Shown: positions 41,489 through 51,802, counted from the stretch's first letter. The stretch: 64,000 nucleotides of DNA from an uncultured Candidatus Entotheonella sp. (GCA_965217185.1 OZ244252.1:192001-256000), one strand, 5' to 3'. The notes: a model not told the origin generated them from the letters alone. Translations and numbers: made by a program.

Positions 41489-42208
41489 ATGCCGCAGACA
41501 AATCGCGTGAAGGCGGCCATGAAAGAAGGCCGCATGGCCTACGGCTACAACTTGGCCTTTCCGGCCCCGTGGGTGGTGGACATCCTCGGCAAGCAGCCCT
41601 TCGACTTCGTATGGCTCGACGGCGAGCACGGGCCGTTCGGGCTGGAGCAACTGGAGCACCTATGCCGCGCCGCCGAGGCGGTGGGGGTGACGCCCATCGC
41701 GCGCGTGCCGGACATCAAGGCTTCCACCATTCTGCGCTTCCTCGACCGCGGCATACAGGGCGTTCTCGGTCCCCACATTGCCAGCGCGGCGGACGCCGAG
41801 GAACTGGTGCGGTCTTGCTACTTCGGGCCGCTCGGCGACCGCTCGTTCGGCGGCAATCGCGGCACCGATTACAACCAGGGCATCGACGACAAGGCGGCGT
41901 ATTACCGGACCGCCAACGACAACATGCTGGTCGGCGCCCTGCTGGAGGACGCCAGCGTCGTGGACAACCTCGACGAGATTCTGGCGGTGGACGGCATCGA
42001 CTATTTCGGCATTGGGCCCAACGATTTCGCGCAGAGCCTGGGTTATCCGGGAGAGCCCGGCCATCCGCAGGTGCGCAAAGTCATGGCCGAGTTGACGGCG
42101 CGTATTCGCGGTGCTGGGAAGCACGTGACGGACGATATCATGTCATCCGCGTGGGTGAGCGCCTTGCTCGCCGAGGGTGCCCAGCGATTTCTGAGGGATC
42201 AGGAATAA
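41489..42208 (+). CDS. HpcH/HpaI aldolase family protein
   Basis: FDFVWLDGEHG, ARVP, IGPND. Confidence 0.88.
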   Translation: MPQTNRVKAAMKEGRMAYGYNLAFPAPWVVDILGKQPFDFVWLDGEHGPFGLEQLEHLCRAAEAVGVTPIARVPDIKASTILRFLDRGIQGVLGPHIASAADAEELVRSCYFGPLGDRSFGGNRGTDYNQGIDDKAAYYRTANDNMLVGALLEDASVVDNLDEILAVDGIDYFGIGPNDFAQSLGYPGEPGHPQVRKVMAELTARIRGAGKHVTDDIMSSAWVSALLAEGAQRFLRDQE

Positions 42209-42259
42209 CGGGCACGGTTGACGCAGGCGCGACGACGCCATCCGAAAGGGCACACTGCC

Positions 42260-42691
42260 ATGCAGCAGCCGACCGTGGTTGCAGTTATTGACGATCTTTT
42301 CTTTCAGGCCAAGGTGCGCACCGCCTTGCAGCATCTGGGGCTTGCCGCCGACATCGTTCCCAACGGTGGGCGCCTGCAGACCCGTTTACAGGGGGGCGAC
42401 GCACCGGCCTTGGTGATCGTCGACTTGACGCTGCGCAGCGACGACGCGACTTCCCTCATTCGGAACCTGCGGGCCACGGAACACGGACGCTCGGTGCCTA
42501 TACTGGCCTTTGGCTCGCACGTTGCGGTTGAGGTGCAGAAGCAGGCGCTTCAGGCCGGTGCGAGCCAAGTGGTGGCCAAGTCGACATTTGCCAAACGACT
42601 GCCGCAATTGGTGCGCCAATTTGTGCCCGGCGGTGCCGAAGGGGACGCTGCTCCTGCGCCGCCGGAAGAGGGGCGGGACAAGGCTTGCTAG
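42260..42691 (+). CDS. stand-alone receiver-like domain protein
   Basis: DDLFF...LVIVDL...LAFGSH...AGASQVVAKS. Confidence 0.7.
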   Translation: MQQPTVVAVIDDLFFQAKVRTALQHLGLAADIVPNGGRLQTRLQGGDAPALVIVDLTLRSDDATSLIRNLRATEHGRSVPILAFGSHVAVEVQKQALQAGASQVVAKSTFAKRLPQLVRQFVPGGAEGDAAPAPPEEGRDKAC

Positions 42692-42701
42692 ACCGAGGCG
42701 C

Positions 42702-42730
42702 TTGACACCTCTCCGGCGCCCTGTTACAAG
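42702..42730 (+). promoter_or_regulatory. candidate sigma70 promoter of the cold-shock gene
   Basis: TTGACA-N17-TACAAG. Confidence 0.45.
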
Positions 42731-42789
42731 GTGCCCGTGCTGGCCGGGAGGCACCGGATTGACAACGTCATGGAAGGAGGACGGGGTTC

Positions 42790-42990
42790 ATGGCAGTCGG
42801 GAAGGTCAAGTGGTTTAACGACAAAAAAGGCTTCGGTTTCATCGAACAACCCAACGGGGAAGACATATTCGTCCACTTTTCAGTGATTGAAGGCGACGGC
42901 TTCAAGTCGCTCGACGAAGGCCAAGAGGTGGAATACGAGGCGGTGCAGGGGCCGAAGGGCTTGCAGGCCGCCCGCGTCGTCAAGCGGTGA
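42790..42990 (+). CDS. cspA: cold-shock protein
   Basis: [20 protein letters not shown]. Confidence 0.93.
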   Translation: MAVGKVKWFNDKKGFGFIEQPNGEDIFVHFSVIEGDGFKSLDEGQEVEYEAVQGPKGLQAARVVKR

Positions 42991-43053
42991 TACGATGACT
43001 TCCAGGCGCGGCCTCAACCCGCCTCGGGCTAGCAAGCTTTGCCCCACCCGCCG

Positions 43054-43638
43054 TCAGGCGGGCAGGGTTTCCAGCAGATCAAGGAACTGTTTCAGGATTT
43101 TCCCCGTGGTTCCCCAGATTACGTGGTCCTGATACTCAAAGAAAATACTCCGTACCTCACGCCCCTCAAAATCGCGGCGTTCCTCCCCGCGTGGGTTGTG
43201 CTGACGCAGGAAACGCAGCGGCACTTCGACAATCGAGGCGGTTTCTCGCCGATCAACCATGAATGGATATGGATACGGGATGGTGCCGACGAAGGGTCGC
43301 ACCAGGTAATTGCTGTTGCTGGTCAGCAGGTCGTCGAGTTGGCCGAGTACCCGCACGTGCGCCGTTTGCAGGCCGATTTCCTCCTGGCTCTCGCGCAGGG
43401 CCGTTTGCCGCAGCGTGCCGTCTTGCGTTTCGTAGCCGCCGCCCGGGAAGGACATCTGCCCGCGGTGATGCGGAACGGTTTTCGAGCGTTTGGTGAAGAC
43501 GACGCCATAGTCGCCGTTATGGCGGTACAGCGGCAACAAAACGGCTGCCAAACGACGCCCCGGCACGGTGAGTTCCCGGCCGGGTCGGGCCTTCAACAGG
43601 CATTGGATGCGCCCTTCCAGGGGTGCCCGCGTCGTCAT
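43054..43638 (-). CDS. Nudix CoA pyrophosphatase
   Basis: AAVLLP, HRGQMSFPGG, ALRESQEEIG, IWGTTG. Confidence 0.88.
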   Translation of the reverse strand: MTTRAPLEGRIQCLLKARPGRELTVPGRRLAAVLLPLYRHNGDYGVVFTKRSKTVPHHRGQMSFPGGGYETQDGTLRQTALRESQEEIGLQTAHVRVLGQLDDLLTSNSNYLVRPFVGTIPYPYPFMVDRRETASIVEVPLRFLRQHNPRGEERRDFEGREVRSIFFEYQDHVIWGTTGKILKQFLDLLETLPA

Positions 43639-44006
43639 TCCGCCGCCGGTGCGATGGCCACCACGGCGCGGCGATGCGTGCCGTCGCCAACTTTCTTGTC
43701 CTCATCGTGCGCCTCGACTTTGAAGCGCAGCTTGCGCCCGTCCACGTCCAGCAGTTCGGCCCGCACCGTGACGCGCTTGCCCTTTGGCGTGGCGGCGAAG
43801 TGTTTCACGTTGACCTCGAAGCCGACCGTCGTGTGCCCCTCCGGCAACAGCGACTGCACCGCCTGAATGCCCGCCCGCTCCATCAAGCCAATCATCGATG
43901 GGGTCGACAGCACACCGTTCCCGCCCATGTGACTGACCACCAGGCTGTCGTCAACCACGGTGGTGATTTCTGCCGCTGCGCCCGGCTGCAGCTTGTCCAA
44001 TGACAC
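43635..44006 (-). CDS. FlK-like hotdog thioesterase
   Basis: VLSTPSMIGLME, TTVG...H, GTHRR. Confidence 0.85.
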   Translation of the reverse strand: MSLDKLQPGAAAEITTVVDDSLVVSHMGGNGVLSTPSMIGLMERAGIQAVQSLLPEGHTTVGFEVNVKHFAATPKGKRVTVRAELLDVDGRKLRFKVEAHDEDKKVGDGTHRRAVVAIAPAAE

Positions 44007-44227
44007 GCGTGTTCCTCCGTCTTGTGGGGTGAAATAAGGGGCGCCAGAATAGCACACTTGCCGACGGCGGATGAAGAAGGGCGCGAGGGCTTCACCTTCA
44101 TGTGCCGGTGTGATTTCGGGCTGGGTTGTGATGGCGGCAGGTGTCCGTTGTTAAAATTTATGTCGCAATTTTTAACAGCACTTCCGTCATTGAGAAAGCT
44201 TGAATAAGGCGAGCCTTTTGCAAAACT

Positions 44228-44509
44228 GTGCGAATGTTAGGAACGGTTACACTGATTCGCTACAATGGACCCCACGGAGAAATCAGCCGTAGCCCGGATG
44301 GTCATTTCGGCAAGCCGCACATTCATCGTGTCACTGCTATGGAGTTGGCGGAGGGGAATAGAGAGCCGCAGGAAAGACATCGGGAAATCACGGACCGGTA
44401 TGGCACGTACGAACAGGCGCTGTGGATTTTCTTCGAGGCCATAGCTGTTTCGAATCGTTTGGACTATTTTGGGGAATTACGACAACTGGGGTTGTTCAAT
44501 GGACACTGA
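44228..44509 (+). CDS. hypothetical protein (LIRYNGPHG...HIH motif), probably N-terminally truncated partner of the DUF1828-like gene
   Basis: Overlaps the start of the next gene; lower GC; no convincing start or RBS. Confidence 0.55.
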   Translation: MRMLGTVTLIRYNGPHGEISRSPDGHFGKPHIHRVTAMELAEGNREPQERHREITDRYGTYEQALWIFFEAIAVSNRLDYFGELRQLGLFNGH

Positions 44510-45462
44510 AAGCATCACGCAGGCATTGCAACACGGTCTGGCGGGGGGCTTTGACGTTTACGAACGGCGTCCCGGCAACTACCAACTCATCGTTCCTATT
44601 TGCCACGAAGATGGGGATATGGTCGGCGTTTATCTTCAGGACAGCCCCAAGGGTGAGGACTATGCCCGAGTCTGCGATTTTGGTATGACCCTGATGCGCC
44701 TTTCTTACACTTTTGAAGTATCCACGCCCATCCGTCAGCAGCTTCTTGACAGTATTCTCGCCAACAATGGTGTCAGCAATGACAATGGCAATCTCTATTT
44801 GGATACGCCTGTCGGCAGACTCTATGAGAGTATGCTCCAGTTCGTGGGTTGTGCACAGAAGGTATGTAATATGCGGTATTGGAATAGGGAAGTCATTCGC
44901 AGTAGCTTCTATGATGACTTGCGTGATTACATTACATCTGAGATGACTACGTTTTCTCCAAAGGCGGATCAGTTCCCAATGTCTGACTACCCTATCAGCA
45001 TGGATTGGCAATTGACCCACAACAGCCGCAACTTCTATATCTTTGGGCGTAGGTCTCAAATTGACCAGTTAGGCGGCCCGTCCGTGCGCCAATTTTGTAG
45101 ATAAACCAACAATACCCCAGAGGAGTGCTGCCCATCACCCACCGTCCTACGTGACACTTTGTCACCTCGCGCATCAATCATGTCCCCAAGCCGTACCAAA
45201 CCCCCTCAGAATCGCTCAATTTCGGACTTACACCCATATCTTTGGCGTGGGTGGTAACGACAAGGCTAAGAACGTAGCCATTTCTTTACTCGAGTTCCAA
45301 AAGACGGCCCCACCATTTATCAGCCTTATTGTTCACGAGGATATGGAGGCGTTAGGGAAAAAGGAACGCCTCTATCTCACTCGGAACGCCGACACCCAGT
45401 ACCCGGTTCTGGTTGACTTCAAAGAAAAGGGCGCCGAGGATATCCGCCGGTTCGCGGCCTGA
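44499..45462 (+). pseudogene. DUF1828/DUF1829-like protein interrupted by MITE-C
   Basis: PICHEDGDMV...CDFGMTLMRLSY; removing 199 bp (element plus one TSD) restores a 255-codon frame ...NFYIF-GVGGNDKAK... Confidence 0.78.
45045..45235. mobile_element. MITE-C, 191 bp, 8-bp target duplication ATATCTTT
   Basis: Inverted ends GGGCGTAGGTCTCAAATTGA / GGGTGTAAGTCCGAAATTGA; ATATCTTT at 45037-45044 and 45236-45243. Confidence 0.85.
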
Positions 45463-45656
45463 CTGTGTTTCACAGCGGCCCCCACTGCTACGGAAATGCC
45501 ATCCCCCACAAACAATTCCCCAGCCACAACTCTTCGCTGATAATAAAGCTCTCAGGCGATGGTTGTCGGGTGCAGTTTTCGATCTCACCTACGCCCGACC
45601 CGCAAAAGCGGCGGGCGAAGGAGTAAACACGCAACCGGGAAAACTGCCGAGCACCG

Positions 45657-46037
45657 CTATTCATGGTAGCGCACCCGGATGCGTTGGCTGAACCGGTCCC
45701 GCAGCCAGCGCTTCAACGCCAGACGGCTGCCGGGTACGAGTAGCAGCAGGCCGGCCGCGTCGGTCAGCAAGCCCGGCGTCAGCAGCACGATGCCCGCTGC
45801 CAGAATCAGCACGCCGTCGATCAGTTCCTCATCTGGCATGATGCCCTGCGCCATCTTCTCCTGAATGCGCCACAGCACCTTCAGCCCCTCCCGGTGGGCC
45901 AGGGAGGCGCCCAGTACCGCGGTGAGCACGAGGATCGCCAACGTTGCCAGGGTGCCGATGCGCGAGCCGATCTCAATCAGCAGGACGATTTCGGCCAGCG
46001 GCAGCGCAATGAACAACACCAGCAATTTGACCAGCAT
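45657..46037 (-). CDS. fxsA: FxsA family membrane protein
   Basis: PLAEIVLLI...LLLTPGLLTD..GLLLLVP. Confidence 0.88.
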   Translation of the reverse strand: MLVKLLVLFIALPLAEIVLLIEIGSRIGTLATLAILVLTAVLGASLAHREGLKVLWRIQEKMAQGIMPDEELIDGVLILAAGIVLLTPGLLTDAAGLLLLVPGSRLALKRWLRDRFSQRIRVRYHE

Positions 46038-46145
46038 GCCAACCCCTTTCCCACGTGCCAGCCCTGTGTGAAAGCCCGGCTGCGGCACCGCGCCGAAACC
46101 TCTAAAACGCGCTTCCCAGGCGGCCCAAACGCGTTTCCATATTTA

Positions 46146-46174
46146 TTGACACTATAGGCGGTATTCAGTAGCAT
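46146..46174 (+). promoter_or_regulatory. candidate sigma70 promoter
   Basis: TTGACA-N17-TAGCAT upstream of the 46462 gene. Confidence 0.45.
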
Positions 46175-46461
46175 GCCAACATTTGTACGTTTCCATCGGC
46201 TTGCCGCAGGAAGCGTATCGCCGGATGTGAGGCGGCTGAGGCGTGTCACGTCGTCCGCAGCAACCCCTCGGCTTCCCGGCCGTTCAGGCGGGTTCCGGCA
46301 GGTAGCCGGCACTCCTATTCACACCTTGTCGTCACACCTATCAAGCCATGAATCCTTGCGAACGTTTCCAACCCTGGCGGAGCGCGTCCTGTGCCCCATG
46401 ACAGGTTGGCGATACGTATGAACGTATCCGTGGAAGCACGACTCATTCTGGGAGAGCACTC

Positions 46462-49400
46462 ATGACCCAACGGACGGTGGTTGTACTGATAACAGCCGCG
46501 GTAATTTTCGCAGCCGCTGTCGCCGGGCAGGCGGATGACGCGCTGCGCTGGAAGATCAAACAGTTGCAGGCGGAGTTGAATCGGTTGCAGGCGCAGACGG
46601 CCACCCACGCTCAGTTGGAGGCCGATCTGGAGACCGAGCGGCGCCAGAAGGACTCGGCTCGGCAAATGTTGGCGTCGGTGCAGCAGCAACTGAGGGATGC
46701 CCAGACGTCGATGGTGCAGGGTCAGGAACGTGAAGCCGCTTTGCAGCAGGACCTGTCGCAGGCGCAGCAGCGTCTGGCCCGGACCGAGGCGGAATCGGCC
46801 CAGTCGCAAGGCGCCCAGCAAGCCCTGACGGGACTGCGGGGTGAATTGGCGAACACGCAATCGGCGCTCGCCGAGGAACAGGAACGGCATCGGACCGCCA
46901 GAGGTATGTTAGCCGGCGTGCGTCAAGCATTGGAGCAGGCCAGCGCCGCGGTGGTGAAGCTGCGCTGGGCACAGACCAGACAGGATGAGGCGACCGCTGT
47001 GGCGCAAGCCGCCTTGCAGGCGGAACGGATGGAGGCGCAGCAACGGCAGTGGCAGGCCGAGCAGGACACCGTGTCGCTGCGGCAGGAGTTGTCACAGGCG
47101 AATGGGATGGCGGCGAAATTGCGGGCGCAGGCCGTCAGTGCCCAGGGCGAAGCCAGTGACACGCAGGAATCGCTAGCGGCGGTGCGGCAGACATTGACGG
47201 ACGCCCGCTCGGCCCTGGCGCAGGAGCAGGGCCGGTATCGCGTGGTAGCGCAGGTGCTGTCGAGCACGCAGCAGCGGCTGGGGGAAGCCAACGTGCTGTC
47301 GGTGCAATTGCGGGCCGAACTGGACAATGTAGGGCGGGCGGCTGCCGTGCGTCAAGACATGCTGGCATCCGTGCAGCAGCAGTTGAGGGATGCCCAGACG
47401 TCGATGGTGCAGGGTCAGGAACGTGAAGCCGCTTTGCAGCAGGACCTGTCGCAGGCACAGCAGCGTCTGGCCCGGACCGAGGCGGAATCGGCCCAGTCGC
47501 AAGGCGCCCAGCAAGCCCTGACGGGACTGCGGGGTGAATTGGCGAACACGCAATCGGCGTTCGCCGAGGAACAGGAACGGCATCGGACCTCCCGTGGCAT
47601 ATTGGCCGGTGTGCGCCAAGCCTTGGAGCAGGCCAGTGCCGCGGTGGTGAAGCTGCGCTGGGCACAGACCAGACAGGATGAGGCGACCGCTGTGGCGCAA
47701 GCCGCCTTGCAGGCAGAACTGCTTGAGGCGCAGCAACGGCAGTGGCAGGCTGAGCAAGACACCGTGTCACTGCGGCAGGAGTTGTCACAGGCGAATGCGA
47801 CGGCGGCAGGATTACAGGCGCAGGCCGTCAGTGCCCAGGGCGAAGCCAGTGACGCGCAGGAATCGCTAGCGGCGGTGCGGCAAACATTGGCGGACGCCCG
47901 CTCGGCCCTGGCGCAGGAGCAGGGCCGGTATCGCGTGGTAGCGCAGGTGCTGTCGAGCACGCAGCAGCGGCTGGGGGAAGCCAACGTGCTGTCGGTGCAG
48001 TTGCAGGCGGAACTGGACGACGCAGGGCGGGCGGCTGCCGTGCGCCAAGGCATGTTGGCGTCGGTGCAGCAGCAACTGAGGGATGCCCAGACGTCAATGG
48101 TGCAGGATCAGGAGAGCCAAGCTGCTTTGCAACAGGACCTGTCGCAGACGCAGCAGCGGCTGTCCCAGGCCAAGGCGGAATCGGCGCAGTTGCAGGGTGC
48201 CCAGCAAGCTCTGGCGAGGCTGCGGGATGAGCTGGCGGGCACGCAATCGGCGCTCGCCGAGGAACAGGAACGGCATCGGACCGCCAGAGGTATGTTAGCC
48301 GGTGTGCGCCAAGCCTTGGAGCAGGCCAGTGCCGCGGTGGTGAAGCTGCACTGGGCACAGACCAGACAGGATGAGGCGACCGCTGTGGCGCAAGCGGCCA
48401 TGCAGACAGAACTGCTTGAGGCGCAGCAACGGCAATGGCAGGCCGAGCAGGACACCATATCGCTGCGTCAGGAGTTGTCGCGGACGAATGCGATGGCGTC
48501 AGGACTGCAGGCGAAGGTCGCCAGTGCCCAGGGCGAAGCCAGTGACGCGCAGGAGGCGCTGGCGGCGGCGCGGCAGAAATTGGTGGACCTCCGAGCGGCC
48601 CTGGCGGAGGAACGGAGTCGATATGGCGCTGCCGCGCAGGTGTTGTCGAGTACGCAACAGGCGTTGGCGGAAAAGCAGTCGGAACTGGGCGGTGTAAGTC
48701 GGGCCGCTGCCGTGCGGCAAGGCATGCTGGCGTCCGTGCAGCAGCAGTTGAGGGACGCTCAGACGTCGATGGTGCAGGATCAGGAACGCCAAGCGGGCCT
48801 GGAGCAGACGTTGGCGCAAGCTCAGCAGGACTTGACGCAGGCCAACGCGGCGGCGGAACAGGCTCAGGGCGAGATCGTGCGGCAGGCCCGGATTAACGAG
48901 GTCCGGCAGTCACAGATGAACCGGGACCTTATGGAAGCGCGGTCGCAAGGCGAGGCGGTGCAACTGATCTTGGCCTCCGTGCGGGAAGAGCTGGCGCGTA
49001 CCCGCCGAACACTGGAGCAGGAGCAGGGACGTAACGCGGCACAGGGCGAGGTGTTGGCCAACACGCAGGCGGCGTTGTCGGAAACCTCCGCGTCGCTTGT
49101 CGAAGTTCGTGCGGCGATGGCAGAGCAGACCGAGGCGCACGCCAGCTCGCAAGCGGCGGGGCAGTCGGACAAGCAGCAATGGGTCGAGCGTTACTGGGAC
49201 ATGGAGCAGCAGCGCAACAAGACGCGGCAAGCCATGAAGCGTGCGGAGAAGGCGTACGCGGCGGCGCAGCAAGCCTTGGATCAGACGACGCGGCAGGCGC
49301 GGATTGACGAAATTCGGCAGTCGCAACTGCGCCGGGACCTGACGGAGGCGCAGGCTCAGGTCGAGGCCACGCAGGCGGCGTTGTCGGAAACCTCCGCGTC

Positions 49401-50160
49401 GCTTGCCGAAGTTCGTGCGGCGATGGCAGAGCAGACCGAGGCGCACGCTAGTGCGCAAGCGGCGGGGCAGTCGGACAAGCAGCAATGGGTCGAGCGTTAC
49501 TGGGACATGGAGCAGCAGCGCAACAAGACGCGGCAAGCCATGAAGCGTGCGGAGAAGGCGTACGCGGAGACGCAGCAAGCCCTGGATCAGACGACGCGGC
49601 AGGCGCGGATTGACGAAATTCGGCAGTCGCAGCTGAGCCGGGACCTGACGGAGGCGCGGCAGGTTCTGGACCGCAGGAATGCCCGCCGTGCCGAGGCCGC
49701 TGGAGGCGTCGAAGCGGTGGCCGATCTGGTGCGGCAGCGTTTTGCGGATGAATTTCGTCAAAAGCAGTTGAGCGTTCGGGAAGGCAAACGGCGCGTGAAA
49801 CTCGCGTCGGCTGAGGTCTTTGATTTCGTCAGGGCTGTTGAATTAGGAAGCCGGTCCGTGCAGACCCTGGATCGACTCGCCGCGATACTGCAGGAACTTC
49901 CCTCGCACCAGGTTCGATTTGAAGTCCACACCGATAACATTCCCCTCAGGCAAGGTTCGAAATGGCCGACGAATTGGGAGTTGTCGACGGCGCGGGCCGC
50001 TAAGCTCGCGCGTTACCTGATCGACAAGGGGGTGGCGCCCGAACGCCTGTCGATTGGCGGCTACGGCGAGTATCGTCCCGTGGCCGACAACAGCACGCCG
50101 GAAGGGCGGCAGCAGAACCGGCGGGTTGAGGTGATCATCAAGCCGCCGCGTAAGCGATAG
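46462..50160 (+). CDS. exported long coiled-coil repeat protein with C-terminal OmpA/MotB-like peptidoglycan-binding domain
   Basis: Signal-peptide-like N-terminus; Q/A/E/L/R-rich repeats; HTDNIP...NWELSTARA...GYGEYRPVADN...NRRVE. Confidence 0.88.
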   Translation: MTQRTVVVLITAAVIFAAAVAGQADDALRWKIKQLQAELNRLQAQTATHAQLEADLETERRQKDSARQMLASVQQQLRDAQTSMVQGQEREAALQQDLSQAQQRLARTEAESAQSQGAQQALTGLRGELANTQSALAEEQERHRTARGMLAGVRQALEQASAAVVKLRWAQTRQDEATAVAQAALQAERMEAQQRQWQAEQDTVSLRQELSQANGMAAKLRAQAVSAQGEASDTQESLAAVRQTLTDARSALAQEQGRYRVVAQVLSSTQQRLGEANVLSVQLRAELDNVGRAAAVRQDMLASVQQQLRDAQTSMVQGQEREAALQQDLSQAQQRLARTEAESAQSQGAQQALTGLRGELANTQSAFAEEQERHRTSRGILAGVRQALEQASAAVVKLRWAQTRQDEATAVAQAALQAELLEAQQRQWQAEQDTVSLRQELSQANATAAGLQAQAVSAQGEASDAQESLAAVRQTLADARSALAQEQGRYRVVAQVLSSTQQRLGEANVLSVQLQAELDDAGRAAAVRQGMLASVQQQLRDAQTSMVQDQESQAALQQDLSQTQQRLSQAKAESAQLQGAQQALARLRDELAGTQSALAEEQERHRTARGMLAGVRQALEQASAAVVKLHWAQTRQDEATAVAQAAMQTELLEAQQRQWQAEQDTISLRQELSRTNAMASGLQAKVASAQGEASDAQEALAAARQKLVDLRAALAEERSRYGAAAQVLSSTQQALAEKQSELGGVSRAAAVRQGMLASVQQQLRDAQTSMVQDQERQAGLEQTLAQAQQDLTQANAAAEQAQGEIVRQARINEVRQSQMNRDLMEARSQGEAVQLILASVREELARTRRTLEQEQGRNAAQGEVLANTQAALSETSASLVEVRAAMAEQTEAHASSQAAGQSDKQQWVERYWDMEQQRNKTRQAMKRAEKAYAAAQQALDQTTRQARIDEIRQSQLRRDLTEAQAQVEATQAALSETSASLAEVRAAMAEQTEAHASAQAAGQSDKQQWVERYWDMEQQRNKTRQAMKRAEKAYAETQQALDQTTRQARIDEIRQSQLSRDLTEARQVLDRRNARRAEAAGGVEAVADLVRQRFADEFRQKQLSVREGKRRVKLASAEVFDFVRAVELGSRSVQTLDRLAAILQELPSHQVRFEVHTDNIPLRQGSKWPTNWELSTARAAKLARYLIDKGVAPERLSIGGYGEYRPVADNSTPEGRQQNRRVEVIIKPPRKR
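46666..48790 (+). repeat. intragenic tandem repeat: units of 693, 693 and 672 bp plus a partial fourth
   Basis: MLASVQQQLRDAQTSMVQ starts at 46666, 47359, 48052, 48724. Confidence 0.9.
49063..49656 (+). repeat. intragenic tandem repeat, 2 x 306 bp
   Basis: TQAALSETSASL...WVERYWDMEQQR starts at 49063 and 49369. Confidence 0.9.
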
Positions 50161-50191
50161 GCGTGGGTTGCTGACCGGCCTGCAAGACAAA

Positions 50192-50242
50192 CCGCCATTG
50201 GCCGCACACCGGACGGTTGTCCGGAGCGTAACGCCAATGGCG
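50192..50242. terminator. hairpin between convergent genes
   Basis: ccgccattggc...ccgga..tccgg...gccaatggcgg. Confidence 0.4.
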
Positions 50243-50282
50243 GTGATTTTTGTGGGTGTCCCGGGTCAGGGCGAGAACGCCA

Positions 50283-50888
50283 CTACGGCAAGGCGGGTTC
50301 CAGGGCCAAGCGGTGCAGCCGCCACGTCCATTCGATGTCGGTGAGTGCGCGGTGCTGGTCCTCGCCCTCACGGATCAGCTTGTGATGCTCCGCCACCGTG
50401 CCCAGCCCGAGGTGCAGGTCGGCGGGTAGGGCACCGAGCAGTTGGAAGCGCTTGTACAGGCTCCACACGTCGAAGATGTGATAATCAAACCGCCAGGGAA
50501 TGCCGTGGCGCTGGTAGGCTCGATACAGAAACGCCTCGTCGAACTTCGTGTTCCAGCCGCTGATGATGGCTTCGTCCTGACAGCGCTTGTCGAACTGCCG
50601 CAGCACCTCTTCAAGAGGCACCGCGGCGGCAATGCTGGCTGGCGGAATCTTGTGGACCTCAGCCGCCTCGGCGCTCTTCTCCACCTCGCCCGGATTGGCT
50701 AAGGAGTGGAAATCTTCGGCTTCGCGTTGACCGTCGGTCTCGAAAATGCAGCCGATCTCGATGATGCCATGCCGGTCGACGTCGAGACCGGTCGTTTCCA
50801 GATCCACAAAGACTAACTGTGCCATGGTTTGCTCATTTGCGCCGAGAGGGTTTGGGTCGCTGGCAGGCTTCGGAAAGGTCAGCAGCAT
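50283..50888 (-). CDS. DEDDh 3'-5' exonuclease (start may be 50825)
   Basis: VDLETTG, WNTKFD, HRALTD. Confidence 0.88.
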   Translation of the reverse strand: MLLTFPKPASDPNPLGANEQTMAQLVFVDLETTGLDVDRHGIIEIGCIFETDGQREAEDFHSLANPGEVEKSAEAAEVHKIPPASIAAAVPLEEVLRQFDKRCQDEAIISGWNTKFDEAFLYRAYQRHGIPWRFDYHIFDVWSLYKRFQLLGALPADLHLGLGTVAEHHKLIREGEDQHRALTDIEWTWRLHRLALEPALP

Positions 50889-50956
50889 AGCCCATCTTCC
50901 GTCACCGAGCCAGACTGTTTGCCCCTCGCCATTTGGCCATGACAGCCTAAAGAGGA

Positions 50957-51802
50957 TTGCCGTTCATGCCGCCGAGTTTTGCCGCCGTCCGAGAGCGCTA
51001 TCTCGATGACCTTGTCGCCAACCAGTGGTACGACGTCCGCACCTTCGGCAAAAAACAGCGGCTGGCCCTCAGCCCACCCGCCTACCTTGTCGAGCTCATC
51101 CGGCACACACAGGTGACGGCGGTGGAGATGCACAGCCACACGCCGCGCTCGGACGGGCTGATCGAGCCGCAGCGCATCGCCGCCTGGACCAACGCCCTGT
51201 ATAAGAAGGGCTATTTCCGCCACGAGCACCTCGCGGTGCCGCTTGTCGTGGTCGTCACCGATCACGATTACATCTACGGCTGCGACGAACTGCAAGCCGT
51301 CTCGGGCGACAGCGGCCTGACGCTGCTATCCGCTGCCGAGGTCAGCACTGCCCACGGCCACGTGCTGTATTATGGCTCCCAGGATGAGGTCATCGCGTCC
51401 TGCGACCTGCGGCAGCCGCAGCTCACGGTGCAGCCTGACGGCCTGGCCCTTCTTCGCCAGGTCGCTGGATTGGAAGGCGGCGTGGCAGTCCCGGCGCATC
51501 CCTATCGCGAAACGAGCATTTTGCGAGAGCTTGCGGGCGACGAGGTGGCACCCCTGCTCGGAACGGTGGAGATTCTGAACGGCAAGACCCCGGCAGATCA
51601 GAATCTGAGCGCCATCGAGTACGCCCGCAAGCACGGCCTGCGCGGCACCGGCGGCAGCGATGCGCACCAGATATCCCGCCTGTATTCCTACCTGACCCTG
51701 TTCGACGGCCCGATTCGTACCCTGGATGATCTGGTTCTCGGCCTGCGCCAGGGCGACTTCTTCCCCGTGCACGGCGAGCATTTGCGTTTCAAGGAAAGCT
51801 GA
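50957..51802 (+). CDS. PHP-domain metal-dependent phosphoesterase
   Basis: HSHTPRSDG, VTDHD, AHPYR, GGSDAH. Confidence 0.82.
   Translation: MPFMPPSFAAVRERYLDDLVANQWYDVRTFGKKQRLALSPPAYLVELIRHTQVTAVEMHSHTPRSDGLIEPQRIAAWTNALYKKGYFRHEHLAVPLVVVVTDHDYIYGCDELQAVSGDSGLTLLSAAEVSTAHGHVLYYGSQDEVIASCDLRQPQLTVQPDGLALLRQVAGLEGGVAVPAHPYRETSILRELAGDEVAPLLGTVEILNGKTPADQNLSAIEYARKHGLRGTGGSDAHQISRLYSYLTLFDGPIRTLDDLVLGLRQGDFFPVHGEHLRFKES

Noticed and set aside
46666..49656. Long repeats considered as a CRISPR or other non-coding array
   Set aside because: Unit lengths are multiples of three inside one open frame, with no short repeat-spacer structure
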